NCBI GenBank assembly: GCA_963666285.1 | Contig: OY762711.1 | DNA: 64,000 bases | Strand: one strand, 5' to 3' | Origin: Sedimentisphaerales bacterium | Lineage (GTDB): Bacteria; Planctomycetota; Phycisphaerae; Sedimentisphaerales; SM23-30 | Shown: piece by piece, positions 18,243 through 29,007 of the stretch | Numbering within the stretch: position 1 is the first letter of the stretch | Layout: every line of letters starts with the position of its first letter | The notes under the pieces: generated by a model | What the model saw: only the letters and a program-made list of their open reading frames with translations | Told to the model about the DNA's origin: nothing | Database searches by the model: none | Made by a program: the position numbers and the translations under genes

Positions 18243-21200
18243 TCAAGTATCAATTTTATTTGTTAGTTCTCTTGTTAAACCAATTCCTTTCTCAAATAAC
18301 AAATCCCATGAATCGAGACATCTATTCATCAAATCAGCATCATCCTCCTTTGCTTGCTCGTATAATCTCAAAAGAACAGGTACAAGCGTGAATGGAATAT
18401 CTGACTGAATTATCGAACCAGCAATATGACCCTCTAATAAAGAACCAACAGATCTATTGATTACCTTAGCAAACCGAATAAGAGAACCCTCGTAATCTTT
18501 CAAAGCATAATACAATCTACTACCTGAGTTTTCCTCTTTGAAAGCTTTAGACTTGATGAATAACTCTAAAAATTCTTCGATATTACCAATTTGTAGTAAT
18601 TTGGCAAAGCTCAAATTGTCCGCTTGTTCTCTTACTTTTTTCGATTCATCATTTAATAATGGTAGTAGTAATTCTTGACATCTGTTTGAATATTTTTCAT
18701 CTGAAACAAATTGAGAAGCAATTTTAGCTATTCCCATTCGATGCGCTTCACATCCATTTCTAGCTTCTGTTAACTCATCTGAGAAATATTCGTAAAACAA
18801 CCATCTAGCGCAAATTTCTTTTGTTCCAAACAAAGCAAAATCAAATCTTTCAGAATAAAATAATTCTCGTATTAAGGGTTCAAATTCATTTTTATAATCC
18901 CTCATACACCAATTATATAATTCTACCGCATATCTACAAATTGATATTCTTAAATCGTTTTTACACATTTGAACAAATAAATGCACAGCATAACTTATAT
19001 CAATGTTTATTATAGGCAATAATGTTCTAATAGTCGCAACTTTCACTACAGGGTGCGGATCGTTAGCTAAAGCTTCAATGACAGGCTTAAGCTTCTCAAA
19101 TAACTCCTTATGTTTCCAAAGCACTGCACCTGTTGCTATTGCAGCAACTCCTCTAACAGAATTTAAGGAATTATCAACAAGAGATGAAGCTGTTGCATTC
19201 TCACTTAAATTGCCATATTCAGGGTTATAGCAATTCAAACGGCCTTCTTTGGGGTCAGGATGATTAAGGGCGTAATCTATAAGTTTTTCAATTATTGTGT
19301 CAGAAAATTTCTCTTCTGCTCTATTCTCAACCATCCGGCAAAACTGAATAGCAACATTATCATCATTGCCAATTTGTGTTTTTTTAAGAAACTTTTCTAC
19401 CGTTTCGAAGTCAACTGGCTCCCAATTTTTCTTTTCATCTTCTGTTATATTTTGTGCTTTTGGCTCGGTCTCTGCAAAACAACTTAATATGGCTGCTATA
19501 TAAGATGGGTTAGTCTCTTTATTGAAAGTTAAAGCTAACTTGCTAAATCTCTGAGGTTGTCTTTTTGCAATATTTTCAAAGTCTCTTGAATAATTTAAAA
19601 CTGACGACTCGCCAACTACCTTTTTTGAAATCTGTTTCCATTTCCCTAAATTATTTTCTTCTGGAATTTCTTTATTATTAATGATACTTTGCCAAGCTCT
19701 ATTACTCAATAAATGAATCTTTTCGTCAAGTAAAGGAGATTTAACAAAACCACCTGTCCCTAATGACATACTTAAGAATCTATTAGGAGAATAGCAATTA
19801 AATTTTCTTTCAAGTACTCCAATTAAACCTTCAACTTTTACTCCTCGACGTTTAGAGCATAATGCAGGCAAAAGAAAATGCTGAGCTCGTCCCCAAAAGT
19901 CATCATAGTGTCCATATTTCCAAGATGGAATAGCATATTCTGCCGTACGTTTTTCATTTGGTTCATGATAATGAATAATACATTCTTCTAGTGTTCTATA
20001 CGATTCATCGCTGCAATAGTTTGAAAGGCTTTTAATCAATCTAACAGCAGACATCCATTTAGGCTCTTGATACCCCGAACCTAAGGCAAATCTTCTAGTA
20101 TCAGAAATTAACCATTCTACACCGTAATCAGCGTTTTTGGGTGGTAAGCTTGCATATGATTCTAAAAGTATTTTTTGAATAACTGGAGATTTGCTTTCTC
20201 TGTATATTTCTGAAATACCAATAAAACACTTTGTATTCGTATTTGCTAATATTTTACCAGTTGAAACTAACAAATGGTATAAACCTGTACAAATTGAAGT
20301 ATTAGTATCACCAAGCTGCATTATTTCATCGTCAAACCAGTCTTTTAACTTGCGATTATATTCGTTCGTACCACATTTGGTCAAACGTTCAACTTGAGGC
20401 ATTATTAATTCCCAAAAAACTATAGAATGTGTCGAAATATGCTTATCAAGTTTAGGGATTATTCGATTATCCCAATAATCATATTTAGAGTGGTTATTAT
20501 GAGACGTTAGTAATTGGTTAGCTGAATAGCTAGAGGATTCCCATGTAGACAAAACTGCCTCAAATATTTTGATAACTCTTATCGGGTTAGTTTTACATAC
20601 GGCCAATAAATCGATATAGTCATTGAATATTTTTTGCTTCATTAGCTTAAGCCTGAGTTCAAACATTATATCTGAATCATTTTCAACATTCCAGCACAAG
20701 CAATCTAAAACTCTTTTATGCCATTTTTCTCCTTTTTCTATATATGGTTCAATATAGTGAGTAATATCATCTGGAATTCTATCTGCAACAGATCTTAATA
20801 AGCGAGTTGCGATGTGTACATCATTATCTATTACGGAGTTTAATTTCTCATCAACATAACCTTTTTCAATGGCTATTGATATATATTGGGGGTTCCCAAA
20901 TAAAATGATATTAATTATTAGTGGTTTCCATAATTCAAGTTTTTCTAACTCAAATATATAACTTATAAGACTATCGTCTGGATTATCAATTTGTGACACT
21001 ATTTCTAATACAAGGTGTTTTATATGAAAACGAATTGATTCACTTTCAATTAAGAACTTAATATTACGCACACACAATTCTGGCATGTCATCCCATAACA
21101 ATAGTAATACCTGCCGAACCTGCTCTCTTTTAAATAAAGACTGATTATTTTTAGGTCCAAGCCATTCAACAATACTACCTTGTTTCATCAATATATCTTT

Positions 21201-22913
21201 TCTAACACGATCAGCAACTTTATAATCAAAATAGGTTTGATGGCAAAATGTGATACTATCTGCAATTCGGATAACCCCTACTGTCTGTAATTCTGTTAAA
21301 ACACGCTCGTCGCAATCAATAGCCGCATTTGGAGTGTTCAATTTACCATTTACTTCCATAAATGAAATGATATCATTAATTACTCTTTCAACTTCACTTT
21401 TCTTAATATTTCTTTTTTCTAAAGTTCTTATTCTGTCTTCCCAAAACTCCTGCATAAGATGTGCCGATGAATTAAAACTTGGTGTTTTGCCATTTCTTAC
21501 AATTTTTGTCCAGATATTTAACATGTGTGGAGAAGAAATAATACTAATTTGTTTTTTATTTAATAAAGCATAATTACAGTTCTCATTTGTAACAATTTCT
21601 TTTATCTTTTCTTCTGGTAAGTGTTTGACTTCAATCTTTGAAAACTTAACTTTTTTATTAGTATTGTTTAGCCATTTCTTAATTTCAGGGTCATGCTCTA
21701 GATCAAAAGTTCTGCATGATATAATTACAGATATGTTATTTTTACGTAAACGAGACCTCGTTACTTCTCTAATTATATTCTTACAAACGGCGAGTGCGTT
21801 CTCTGAGTGAGAACTGGTCCATCGTAAGGCATCCAGTTGATCTAATATCAAAACTGCTGGTCTATCAAACGCAATCGCCTCCAAACATAGAGAAGGAGAT
21901 TCTGGAAGACCTATATCAGTTCCAAATTGTTTTGTTGTATTTTTAGGCTCTTGCCTGTCAAGTCGCACCGGTATATATTGAATATTCTTTTCAGTTAGTT
22001 TTTGTGATAATTCATACAATACTCCACTTTTCCCTGTGCCAGCATCGCCATGAAGAATTATGATATTATTTTGTTCAAGTTCTTTTAATAGTTTTTCTGT
22101 TTCATCTCTTGGGATAAGTGTGTCGCATATTAAATCATTAGATATCGACTCAGAGAATTGGAGCTTCAATCTTTCAACTGCAGGGAACAGTCTTGTATCA
22201 TGCACAAGTTTTCGTAAATGAAATCCGCTATCAGAAAGATATTTCCGTAGATCGTCAGCATAAACTACCTTTCTAATGTTTTCTTCAGCAAACTCACTTA
22301 AACTAGCAATAATGGTTTCTGATTTCCCGTCAATAAGTAGATTTATTAATGATAAAATATCTTCATAACTTGATTGATTGTCATCCCATATTTCAATATA
22401 TGTTCTTTTAAGATAATCGAATGCTCTGGCCCTATGCTCTTTTTCATCTTTATCTAGACCAATTTGCGAGCAGTACTCACTAAAAGTTCTTAATCTTGGT
22501 TGTCCTGCTTCACAAATTTGATATTTATAAAAGTCTTCTGGATTATTATTTGATTTGCGTGCACTTTCACATATATCTTCCAGATTTTTTGATGGCACTC
22601 CTGATATTAACTTAACTTCATTTCTTGGCTCACGATCAAGATGAAATTTCATATTGTTAAGGATGTTTCTTGAACTAAGATCAGAAATTGTCCATTTATC
22701 GCTACTTTGATTTCTTGCTTTGCATTGCTGAAATTGCCGAATATTGTTCTTAAAATGGACTATTAAATCAACGCCTTTTTCGTCATCCCCAATGGCTTCA
22801 ACTGTAACAGACTGAATTCTTTCTTGCAGAAGTAAAACATACTGTTTAACAACCCATCTGCTTTCATAGCGATTACCTAATTTATCAGCATACCCGCCTT
22901 TTTCAAAAGCCAT
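18243..22913 (-). CDS. Nuclease-STAND NTPase-helical repeat protein (AVAST/Avs-like anti-phage candidate)
   Basis: N-terminal PD-(D/E)xK-like motif (GNRYE…GVD…QCK), Walker A GDAGTGKS, Walker B LILDQLD, winged-helix-like FCHQTYFDY and HEAT-like repeats (LANDPHPVVK, LLNDESKKVRE). AAAGGA RBS; markedly AT-rich. Confidence 0.75.
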   Translation of the reverse strand: MAFEKGGYADKLGNRYESRWVVKQYVLLLQERIQSVTVEAIGDDEKGVDLIVHFKNNIRQFQQCKARNQSSDKWTISDLSSRNILNNMKFHLDREPRNEVKLISGVPSKNLEDICESARKSNNNPEDFYKYQICEAGQPRLRTFSEYCSQIGLDKDEKEHRARAFDYLKRTYIEIWDDNQSSYEDILSLINLLIDGKSETIIASLSEFAEENIRKVVYADDLRKYLSDSGFHLRKLVHDTRLFPAVERLKLQFSESISNDLICDTLIPRDETEKLLKELEQNNIIILHGDAGTGKSGVLYELSQKLTEKNIQYIPVRLDRQEPKNTTKQFGTDIGLPESPSLCLEAIAFDRPAVLILDQLDALRWTSSHSENALAVCKNIIREVTRSRLRKNNISVIISCRTFDLEHDPEIKKWLNNTNKKVKFSKIEVKHLPEEKIKEIVTNENCNYALLNKKQISIISSPHMLNIWTKIVRNGKTPSFNSSAHLMQEFWEDRIRTLEKRNIKKSEVERVINDIISFMEVNGKLNTPNAAIDCDERVLTELQTVGVIRIADSITFCHQTYFDYKVADRVRKDILMKQGSIVEWLGPKNNQSLFKREQVRQVLLLLWDDMPELCVRNIKFLIESESIRFHIKHLVLEIVSQIDNPDDSLISYIFELEKLELWKPLIINIILFGNPQYISIAIEKGYVDEKLNSVIDNDVHIATRLLRSVADRIPDDITHYIEPYIEKGEKWHKRVLDCLCWNVENDSDIMFELRLKLMKQKIFNDYIDLLAVCKTNPIRVIKIFEAVLSTWESSSYSANQLLTSHNNHSKYDYWDNRIIPKLDKHISTHSIVFWELIMPQVERLTKCGTNEYNRKLKDWFDDEIMQLGDTNTSICTGLYHLLVSTGKILANTNTKCFIGISEIYRESKSPVIQKILLESYASLPPKNADYGVEWLISDTRRFALGSGYQEPKWMSAVRLIKSLSNYCSDESYRTLEECIIHYHEPNEKRTAEYAIPSWKYGHYDDFWGRAQHFLLPALCSKRRGVKVEGLIGVLERKFNCYSPNRFLSMSLGTGGFVKSPLLDEKIHLLSNRAWQSIINNKEIPEENNLGKWKQISKKVVGESSVLNYSRDFENIAKRQPQRFSKLALTFNKETNPSYIAAILSCFAETEPKAQNITEDEKKNWEPVDFETVEKFLKKTQIGNDDNVAIQFCRMVENRAEEKFSDTIIEKLIDYALNHPDPKEGRLNCYNPEYGNLSENATASSLVDNSLNSVRGVAAIATGAVLWKHKELFEKLKPVIEALANDPHPVVKVATIRTLLPIINIDISYAVHLFVQMCKNDLRISICRYAVELYNWCMRDYKNEFEPLIRELFYSERFDFALFGTKEICARWLFYEYFSDELTEARNGCEAHRMGIAKIASQFVSDEKYSNRCQELLLPLLNDESKKVREQADNLSFAKLLQIGNIEEFLELFIKSKAFKEENSGSRLYYALKDYEGSLIRFAKVINRSVGSLLEGHIAGSIIQSDIPFTLVPVLLRLYEQAKEDDADLMNRCLDSWDLLFEKGIGLTRELTNKIDT

Positions 22914-23289
22914 TTCGATTTATCCTTTAGCTTAAATCAATATTATCTGAATTAAGATTGTTCAACAAAACCATTGATATTACTAAAAAGAGTTTTTAAT
23001 AAGTATTTAAGCCTATGGGATTAAAAAATCCTGCCATAAACTAATCTACTCAATTTTCAATTCTACCACACAACCCACCATGCCCCAAACCATTTTTTCG
23101 TGTCATTTCGCTCTTTTCGTGGTTGTCAAATTATCAGCCGAAGTTTTCTTCACTACCTTCATGAACTTCATGGTTAACTATCTTCCGCCGCCGCCGATTT
23201 AGATCAAATGTGAACCAACAGTCAATTATTTTCAGAATTCAGCATTCATAATTCATAATTAGAAACTTCTCTCTTCTCTCTTCTTTCTC

Positions 23290-23447
23290 CTAACTCTTCC
23301 CATCCTTCAGGTGCCGCAATTCTGATATAAAATCTACATATGTGTAACCTTTAAAATAAGCCGTGAGCCGCCAGGCGAACACCTTCTTTACACTTTTTAT
23401 TTTACACTTTACTCTTTGATGCCGCTCCGCGGCATCTGGACTGCCCA
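23290..23447 (-). repeat. About 158-bp repeat, inverted copy of 40677-40835
   Basis: Near-identical core CCTTTAAAATAAGCCGTGAGCCGCCAGGCGAACACC…GATGCCGCTCCGCGGCATCTGG. Confidence 0.92.
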
Positions 23448-23699
23448 CAATTTACCAATCTCAATTTCTAGGTTAACAAACGCATTTTAATCTTTATTTC
23501 ATACACCCCTCCGCGATACCTCCGCGCTCGTCCCCGGCCCGCCGTAAGCCTCCGCGCAGCCTCCGCTGCCCGCAAAACCCCGGCGTTTAACGCCGCAAAA
23601 TCAACTTTGGTACCACCATACACTAAACCGCATAAAATCTTACAATCTCTTGCACACAATTTTTCCTCGGGTTAGCTGGTGTATTTCACTTATGCCTGA

Positions 23700-24266
23700 C
23701 TATTCAGTAAATTCTGCTTCGACCAGATCGCAGATAATATGATATGCCACCTGGTGCATCTCCTGGCTGATCGATGCCTCATCGCAATGAGCACAAAAAC
23801 AAATATCAGCTATCTGCTCCAGTTCGCTATCTGGCTTACCGGTAAACGCAACTACTTGTACGCCAAGCTCTTTTGCTGACTGGGCCGCTCGGATAATGTT
23901 CGGCGAGCTACCGCTGGTTGACATCGCTATCAGGATATCACCACTGTTTGCCAGACCCTCAATCTGCCTGGCAAATACATAATCAAAAGCAAAATCGTTA
24001 GGCACAGCTGTCAGCAGCGAGGTATCACAAGTCAACGCTATCGCCGGTAATGCCATACGGTTACGTGTGAACCGGCACACTATCTCGGTTGCTATATGCT
24101 GGGCATCCGCTGCCGAACCGCCGTTTCCGCAGATCAGCAGCTTACAGCCGGAGTTAAAACATTCAACTATATTCTGGGCTATCTCGGCTATTAACTCGCA
24201 GTTATGCTCTGTCAGATAGTATATATGTTCGATATGACGCTGTATATAACTCTTTATATTATCCAT
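23700..24266 (-). CDS. gmhA: D-sedoheptulose 7-phosphate isomerase
   Basis: CGNGGSAADAQH, NDF.FD.VFARQ, MSTSGSSPN and QEMH motifs. Likely start MDNIK at 24266. Confidence 0.93.
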   Translation of the reverse strand: MDNIKSYIQRHIEHIYYLTEHNCELIAEIAQNIVECFNSGCKLLICGNGGSAADAQHIATEIVCRFTRNRMALPAIALTCDTSLLTAVPNDFAFDYVFARQIEGLANSGDILIAMSTSGSSPNIIRAAQSAKELGVQVVAFTGKPDSELEQIADICFCAHCDEASISQEMHQVAYHIICDLVEAEFTE

Positions 24267-24357
24267 TGTTACCCTAATCTTGTATCGCCGTTGGCAAATC
24301 GTCAATTATTTAGTTTTTAGCTGATAGTTATTTGTTTGAGTATGGCTTTGTTGGTAT

Positions 24358-25293
24358 TTACCCTCGGCATTTCTGACAGAAATCAGCCATTACCATCATT
24401 GCCTTATCAGTGTTTTCCGAACTGCCGTCCAGACCGGCAAATACCTCAACCAGCTCCACCAGCTCCTGATCTAATTCGCCGCCGTCATAATTATGGAACA
24501 TGTTTACTATTGCTCCGTCCAGACCATACTGGCGGGCAATATGCATATACGCCCGGCATACGCCTATCTTGCGGCCCGGCAGGTTCTGGACACTATTACT
24601 CAGGCCAATTGATGTGTGTACACCTTTCATCTTCTCGTCGGTCATAATCGCCTTGATCGCCTGCATCGTATTAAAGGTATATCCTGTATCCCCCGGCATC
24701 ATAGGCATATCTATCGCCAGTGGAAATACCATCGTATCATAATAGATATCATCTGCCGCGAAACCGTTTGCTATTGCTTTGTCATAGATCTCGACCGCCA
24801 TATCATAGATTTCCTGCCATGGTGTCACACCAGACGGGTTCTCCGGTGACAGCATACCTATCACCTTAAATGCAAAGTCTTTACGCCATGGCAATACCTG
24901 GTCTGCGGTATGGGTTTTTACTGAGTTCAGCATAGGCACAACGTCTTTTACATTCGGGTGGTTATACCATTCTTCCAGGCCGGCACGCAGAATATCGTCA
25001 TGACTGCTGTCAACGCATACCGGCACTCCGCCGCTGTGCTCGGCTACCAGTCCGACATATTTCTTCATCAAACCAATAGCTATTGACTGGTCCTGGTCAA
25101 AAAACTCATCTATATTTACTTCGATATAAGCCGCTCCATTAGCTGCCTGGTCTTTTATTAGCGATATTATATAGTCCAATGCTTCACTTGGCTCTGTGTA
25201 CGCAATCTCACCGCCGGTCAGCAGTTCTTTCATTGCTTTTTGGGTCTTTGGTATCGTCGCATGGACACTTTCGCCAATGTAAGTAAAACTCAT
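24358..25293 (-). CDS. Stand-alone pterin-binding protein (methyltetrahydrofolate:corrinoid methyltransferase AcsE / MetH folate-domain-like)
   Basis: IGES, QAANGAAYIEVN, PVCVDSS, MLNSV, IYYD.MVFPL, SIGLSNS and GLDGAIVN; GAGGA RBS. Confidence 0.8.
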   Translation of the reverse strand: MSFTYIGESVHATIPKTQKAMKELLTGGEIAYTEPSEALDYIISLIKDQAANGAAYIEVNIDEFFDQDQSIAIGLMKKYVGLVAEHSGGVPVCVDSSHDDILRAGLEEWYNHPNVKDVVPMLNSVKTHTADQVLPWRKDFAFKVIGMLSPENPSGVTPWQEIYDMAVEIYDKAIANGFAADDIYYDTMVFPLAIDMPMMPGDTGYTFNTMQAIKAIMTDEKMKGVHTSIGLSNSVQNLPGRKIGVCRAYMHIARQYGLDGAIVNMFHNYDGGELDQELVELVEVFAGLDGSSENTDKAMMVMADFCQKCRG

Positions 25294-25784
25294 AAATCCT
25301 CATTTCTAGTAGTCTATCTAATGTCATATGACGCAATATACAATTACAGCTGTTAAATTTTATTTTTATAGCTGCCAAAAATCAAACAAATATCAGAAAT
25401 AAAAATCGTGGTACTTTTTGGTGTTGATGTATATAAATATTTTTATTATAATACCTTGTGTTAATATCAAGTGGATAATTTTGCTCTTTGTTGCAGCCTT
25501 GTTTTTTTGTTGGGCTCACCAAAAAATGCTGGTTAAGAAAATACTTGAGTTTTTAACGAAAGACATGATAATATAAGAAAATACGAAAATTTATACTTGT
25601 ATATTTCGTTTATACCATTCACAATTGAGACTGTTCGTTCGAGCGTGGTATAAGTGATTTCAAGATCATAATTTACCGAACAAGCGATTAGGTTATCACA
25701 AACAATGTGTATATAGAAATACCGTTTGTTGAGTTGTTTGGATATTCATTATAGATAAGTTTTTAATTACGTTGGATTTGTGAA

Positions 25785-26780
25785 ATGCCAGAGAGAATAT
25801 CTGTAATTGGTGATGGTGCTATGGGTACCGTATGTGCTCTTATGCTTGCTCATAAGGGGTATGGTGTTAGTTTATGGGGATACAACGATGAGCAGGTTCG
25901 CCTGATCAGGGAAAATCGTGAAAACATAAGGTTTTTACCCGGTGTCTCTCTACCAATTTCTATTGATATCGTCTCTGATGACCAGCAGGCATTTGAAAAT
26001 GCAGGCGTCATTGTCTCTGCTGTTCCTTGCGTCTTCTTACGCGAAGTTTGGACCAGGCTTGTTAAATATCTCCCCCAGCATACCCCGATTGTATCTATAA
26101 CTAAGGGTATCGACTATGATTCTCTCAAATGCCCGACCGGCGTAATTAGTGATATTGTTGAAACTCGCCAGCTTGCCGTGCTTTCCGGTCCCAATATTGC
26201 CGGGGAACTCGCTCAATCTTTGCCCGCTACTGCTACCGCTGCCAGCCATGACCCTACTTTGGCCCAGCATGTACAACGGCTGTTCTCTACCAGCTGGTTC
26301 AGGGTTTACACCAATGAAGATGTTAAGGGTGTTGAAATCGCTGGTGCTGCCAAAAATGTTATTGCTATTGCAGCTGGTATTATCGATGGTATGAAAGCCG
26401 GCGACAATGCCAAGGCGGCATTATTAACCCGCGGACTTGTTGAGATCAAGCGGCTTGGCGAAAAAATGGGTGCCAAGGCTTCAACATTCAATGGGCTTAG
26501 CGGATTAGGTGACCTTGTTACTACCTGTATCAGCCCAATCGGTAGAAATCGCAGCTTTGGGCAGGCCATTGGAACCGGTCTGAGTGTTGAAGAAGCGCTC
26601 GATAATATACCCGGTCAGGTAGAGGGTGTTAATACCAGTCGCGCCATGATGCGTTTGGCCGAAAAATACGAAGTTGAGATGCCTATCACCAAGGGTGTTT
26701 ATCAGATCGTTGCCGAAAATAAACCTGTCTCTCAGGCTATGGCCGACCTTATGAACCGCGATCTCAAATCCGAACTCTAA
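25785..26780 (+). CDS. gpsA: NAD(P)H-dependent glycerol-3-phosphate dehydrogenase
   Basis: GDGAMGT, TKGI, LSGPNIA, GAAKNVIAIAAG, GLGDLVTTC and GRNR. Confidence 0.95.
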   Translation: MPERISVIGDGAMGTVCALMLAHKGYGVSLWGYNDEQVRLIRENRENIRFLPGVSLPISIDIVSDDQQAFENAGVIVSAVPCVFLREVWTRLVKYLPQHTPIVSITKGIDYDSLKCPTGVISDIVETRQLAVLSGPNIAGELAQSLPATATAASHDPTLAQHVQRLFSTSWFRVYTNEDVKGVEIAGAAKNVIAIAAGIIDGMKAGDNAKAALLTRGLVEIKRLGEKMGAKASTFNGLSGLGDLVTTCISPIGRNRSFGQAIGTGLSVEEALDNIPGQVEGVNTSRAMMRLAEKYEVEMPITKGVYQIVAENKPVSQAMADLMNRDLKSEL

Positions 26781-26990
26781 AATGCGTATATGTTGACAAA
26801 TTGTCCGAAATTCCCGGATATTTCGTTATTTATTCTTGTTATGTCGCCCCAATTTTTGGTGAACTGATTTATTACCCCTTCTAAATTCAATTTTTTGTGT
26901 TACTTTGGTTATAAATCCAATAAAATAACAGTCTTGAAAGACAATTATTATTAATTTTGCACCTTACCCTTTACATTTTACACTTTTTTT

Positions 26991-28868
26991 ATGTTCAAAT
27001 ACATCATAGCACTAAACTTAGTTCTTTTCGCAGGAATATTAATATTTATCACTCACAGTCAGAAGGAAGCTCCTGATGTTGATATCATTTATGCGATGCC
27101 AGGCTCCATCAAGACTATGGACCCGGCAATGATGTCTCTTAGCGATGAAATCAGGATTGCGATGGGGCTTTGGGAGAATCTCTTCACTTATGAGCCGGAA
27201 AATTCGGTCTCCAAGGAGGGAGTAGCCTACTATCCGGCTGATATTTCCGAAGATTACAAAACCTGGACCTTCCATTTAAGGCCGGAAGCCAGGTGGTCTA
27301 ATGGTGACCAGGTTGTTGCCCAGGATTTCATCTATGGCTGGCGCCGGGCGATTGAGCCTGGTACTGCCGATGATTATGCTTATCTTGTTAAGGATAATAT
27401 CGCCGGGGCCGGTGAATATGCCAAATGGCGAAATGATGCAGTGCGTGTTCTTACTATTCTGCGCGATCTTATAAATAACCGTGAAATAAACGAAGAAGAT
27501 ACTAAGATTATCGAAGATTTGAAGCTCGAAGGTGCAGATGCGTCTGAACCGGACTGGCAGGGAATAGCTGATAAGTTTCGCACTGACCATATGAATAATA
27601 TAGAGGTTGAGTTTGAGAAGGTTGGTTTAAAGGCGATTGATGACCTGACTTTAGAGGTAAAGCTTGCCCGTCCTTTGACTTACTTTGACAATCTTGTTCC
27701 GTTTACTACCTTTGCCCCGGTACATCGTAAATCTTGTGAAATGCTCAAGGTAACTGACGATGATGTGATAAACTCTCTTACCCTTTGGGTTTATGACCCG
27801 CAATGGGTAAAGCCGAACTATCATTACAAGGATTATCCGGGGCTGATTACCAATGGCCCTTTTACTTTCAGGGAATGGCAGTTTAAAAGATACATGCTCT
27901 TTGAAAAAAATGAGCAGTATTGGGATAAAGACAATGTTAAATGCCAGAGGATTATGGCTAAAGTAACACCGGAATCTAATTCAACTTTTCTGGCCTATGA
28001 ACGAAATGAAATTGACTATATCAAGAGTCTCAGCGTTATGGATTTTGTCGATTCGCTTTACCAGGACATGAAAGCCGGCAACAGAGACGATATTCATCAT
28101 TCCAAGGCGTTTGGATGTTATTATTACCAGGTAAATTGTAATGAAAAGCTAAATGACGGCACGCCGAATCCGTTTCATGATAAACTGGTAAGGATGGCGT
28201 TTAACCTGGCAATCGACAAAAAAGCCATTGCTGACAATGTTATTCGTATGGGTAATGAGCCTGCAACTCTTTTGATTCCGCCGGGGATTATTCCTGGCTA
28301 TGATTGTGAACCAGGGCCGGGATATAACCCTGACAAGGCTCGCGAGCTGCTCTCCGAAGCCGGTTACCCGGGTGGTGAAGGCCTACCTCCAATCGATCTG
28401 TTTGTCAGCTCTCCCCCGGAAAGTCATAAAAAAACCGCCGAGGCGATTGCAGTTATGTGGGAAAAAGAGCTGGGAGTCAAGGTTTTGATTCGGGCAAAGG
28501 AATGGAAGATTTTTGATGAGGATCGTTCCAACCAGGCTTATATGGTATGTCGGGCAGGGTGGTTTGGTGATTACTACGATCCGACAACATATCTTGATCT
28601 GCTGGTTACCGGTAACGGCCAGAATCACTCTAAATTCAGCAATCCGGATTATGACGCCCTTATGCAGCAGGCATATGTCTGTGTCGATCCGAAAAAACGA
28701 CTGGATATCCTTGAAGAGGCTGAAAAGCTTATCATGCACGAGTATATGCCGGTCATTCCGCTATACTATTATGTTACCCTTGAGGCGTTCCGACCGGAGA
28801 TTAAGGGCATTACTATCAATCCTCGTGAACTGCACCCAATGAAATACTGGGAGAATACCGCTAAATAA
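26991..28868 (+). CDS. oppA: Peptide ABC transporter substrate-binding protein (OppA-like)
   Basis: TWTFHLRPEARWSNGD.V.A.DF.Y.W.R, NGPF, VRMAFNLAIDK and RAGWFGDY.DP. Confidence 0.85.
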   Translation: MFKYIIALNLVLFAGILIFITHSQKEAPDVDIIYAMPGSIKTMDPAMMSLSDEIRIAMGLWENLFTYEPENSVSKEGVAYYPADISEDYKTWTFHLRPEARWSNGDQVVAQDFIYGWRRAIEPGTADDYAYLVKDNIAGAGEYAKWRNDAVRVLTILRDLINNREINEEDTKIIEDLKLEGADASEPDWQGIADKFRTDHMNNIEVEFEKVGLKAIDDLTLEVKLARPLTYFDNLVPFTTFAPVHRKSCEMLKVTDDDVINSLTLWVYDPQWVKPNYHYKDYPGLITNGPFTFREWQFKRYMLFEKNEQYWDKDNVKCQRIMAKVTPESNSTFLAYERNEIDYIKSLSVMDFVDSLYQDMKAGNRDDIHHSKAFGCYYYQVNCNEKLNDGTPNPFHDKLVRMAFNLAIDKKAIADNVIRMGNEPATLLIPPGIIPGYDCEPGPGYNPDKARELLSEAGYPGGEGLPPIDLFVSSPPESHKKTAEAIAVMWEKELGVKVLIRAKEWKIFDEDRSNQAYMVCRAGWFGDYYDPTTYLDLLVTGNGQNHSKFSNPDYDALMQQAYVCVDPKKRLDILEEAEKLIMHEYMPVIPLYYYVTLEAFRPEIKGITINPRELHPMKYWENTAK

Positions 28869-29007
28869 AGCACAATATATTTTTCATATTTATAGTGCCG
28901 GTTATATTTATTTCCTTCGCTTTCTATGATACAGCTCGGTATGATATCCATTTCAAATGTTGATATTATAGGACCTATAGAGTTCGTATTGATATTTTTT
29001 TATAAAA

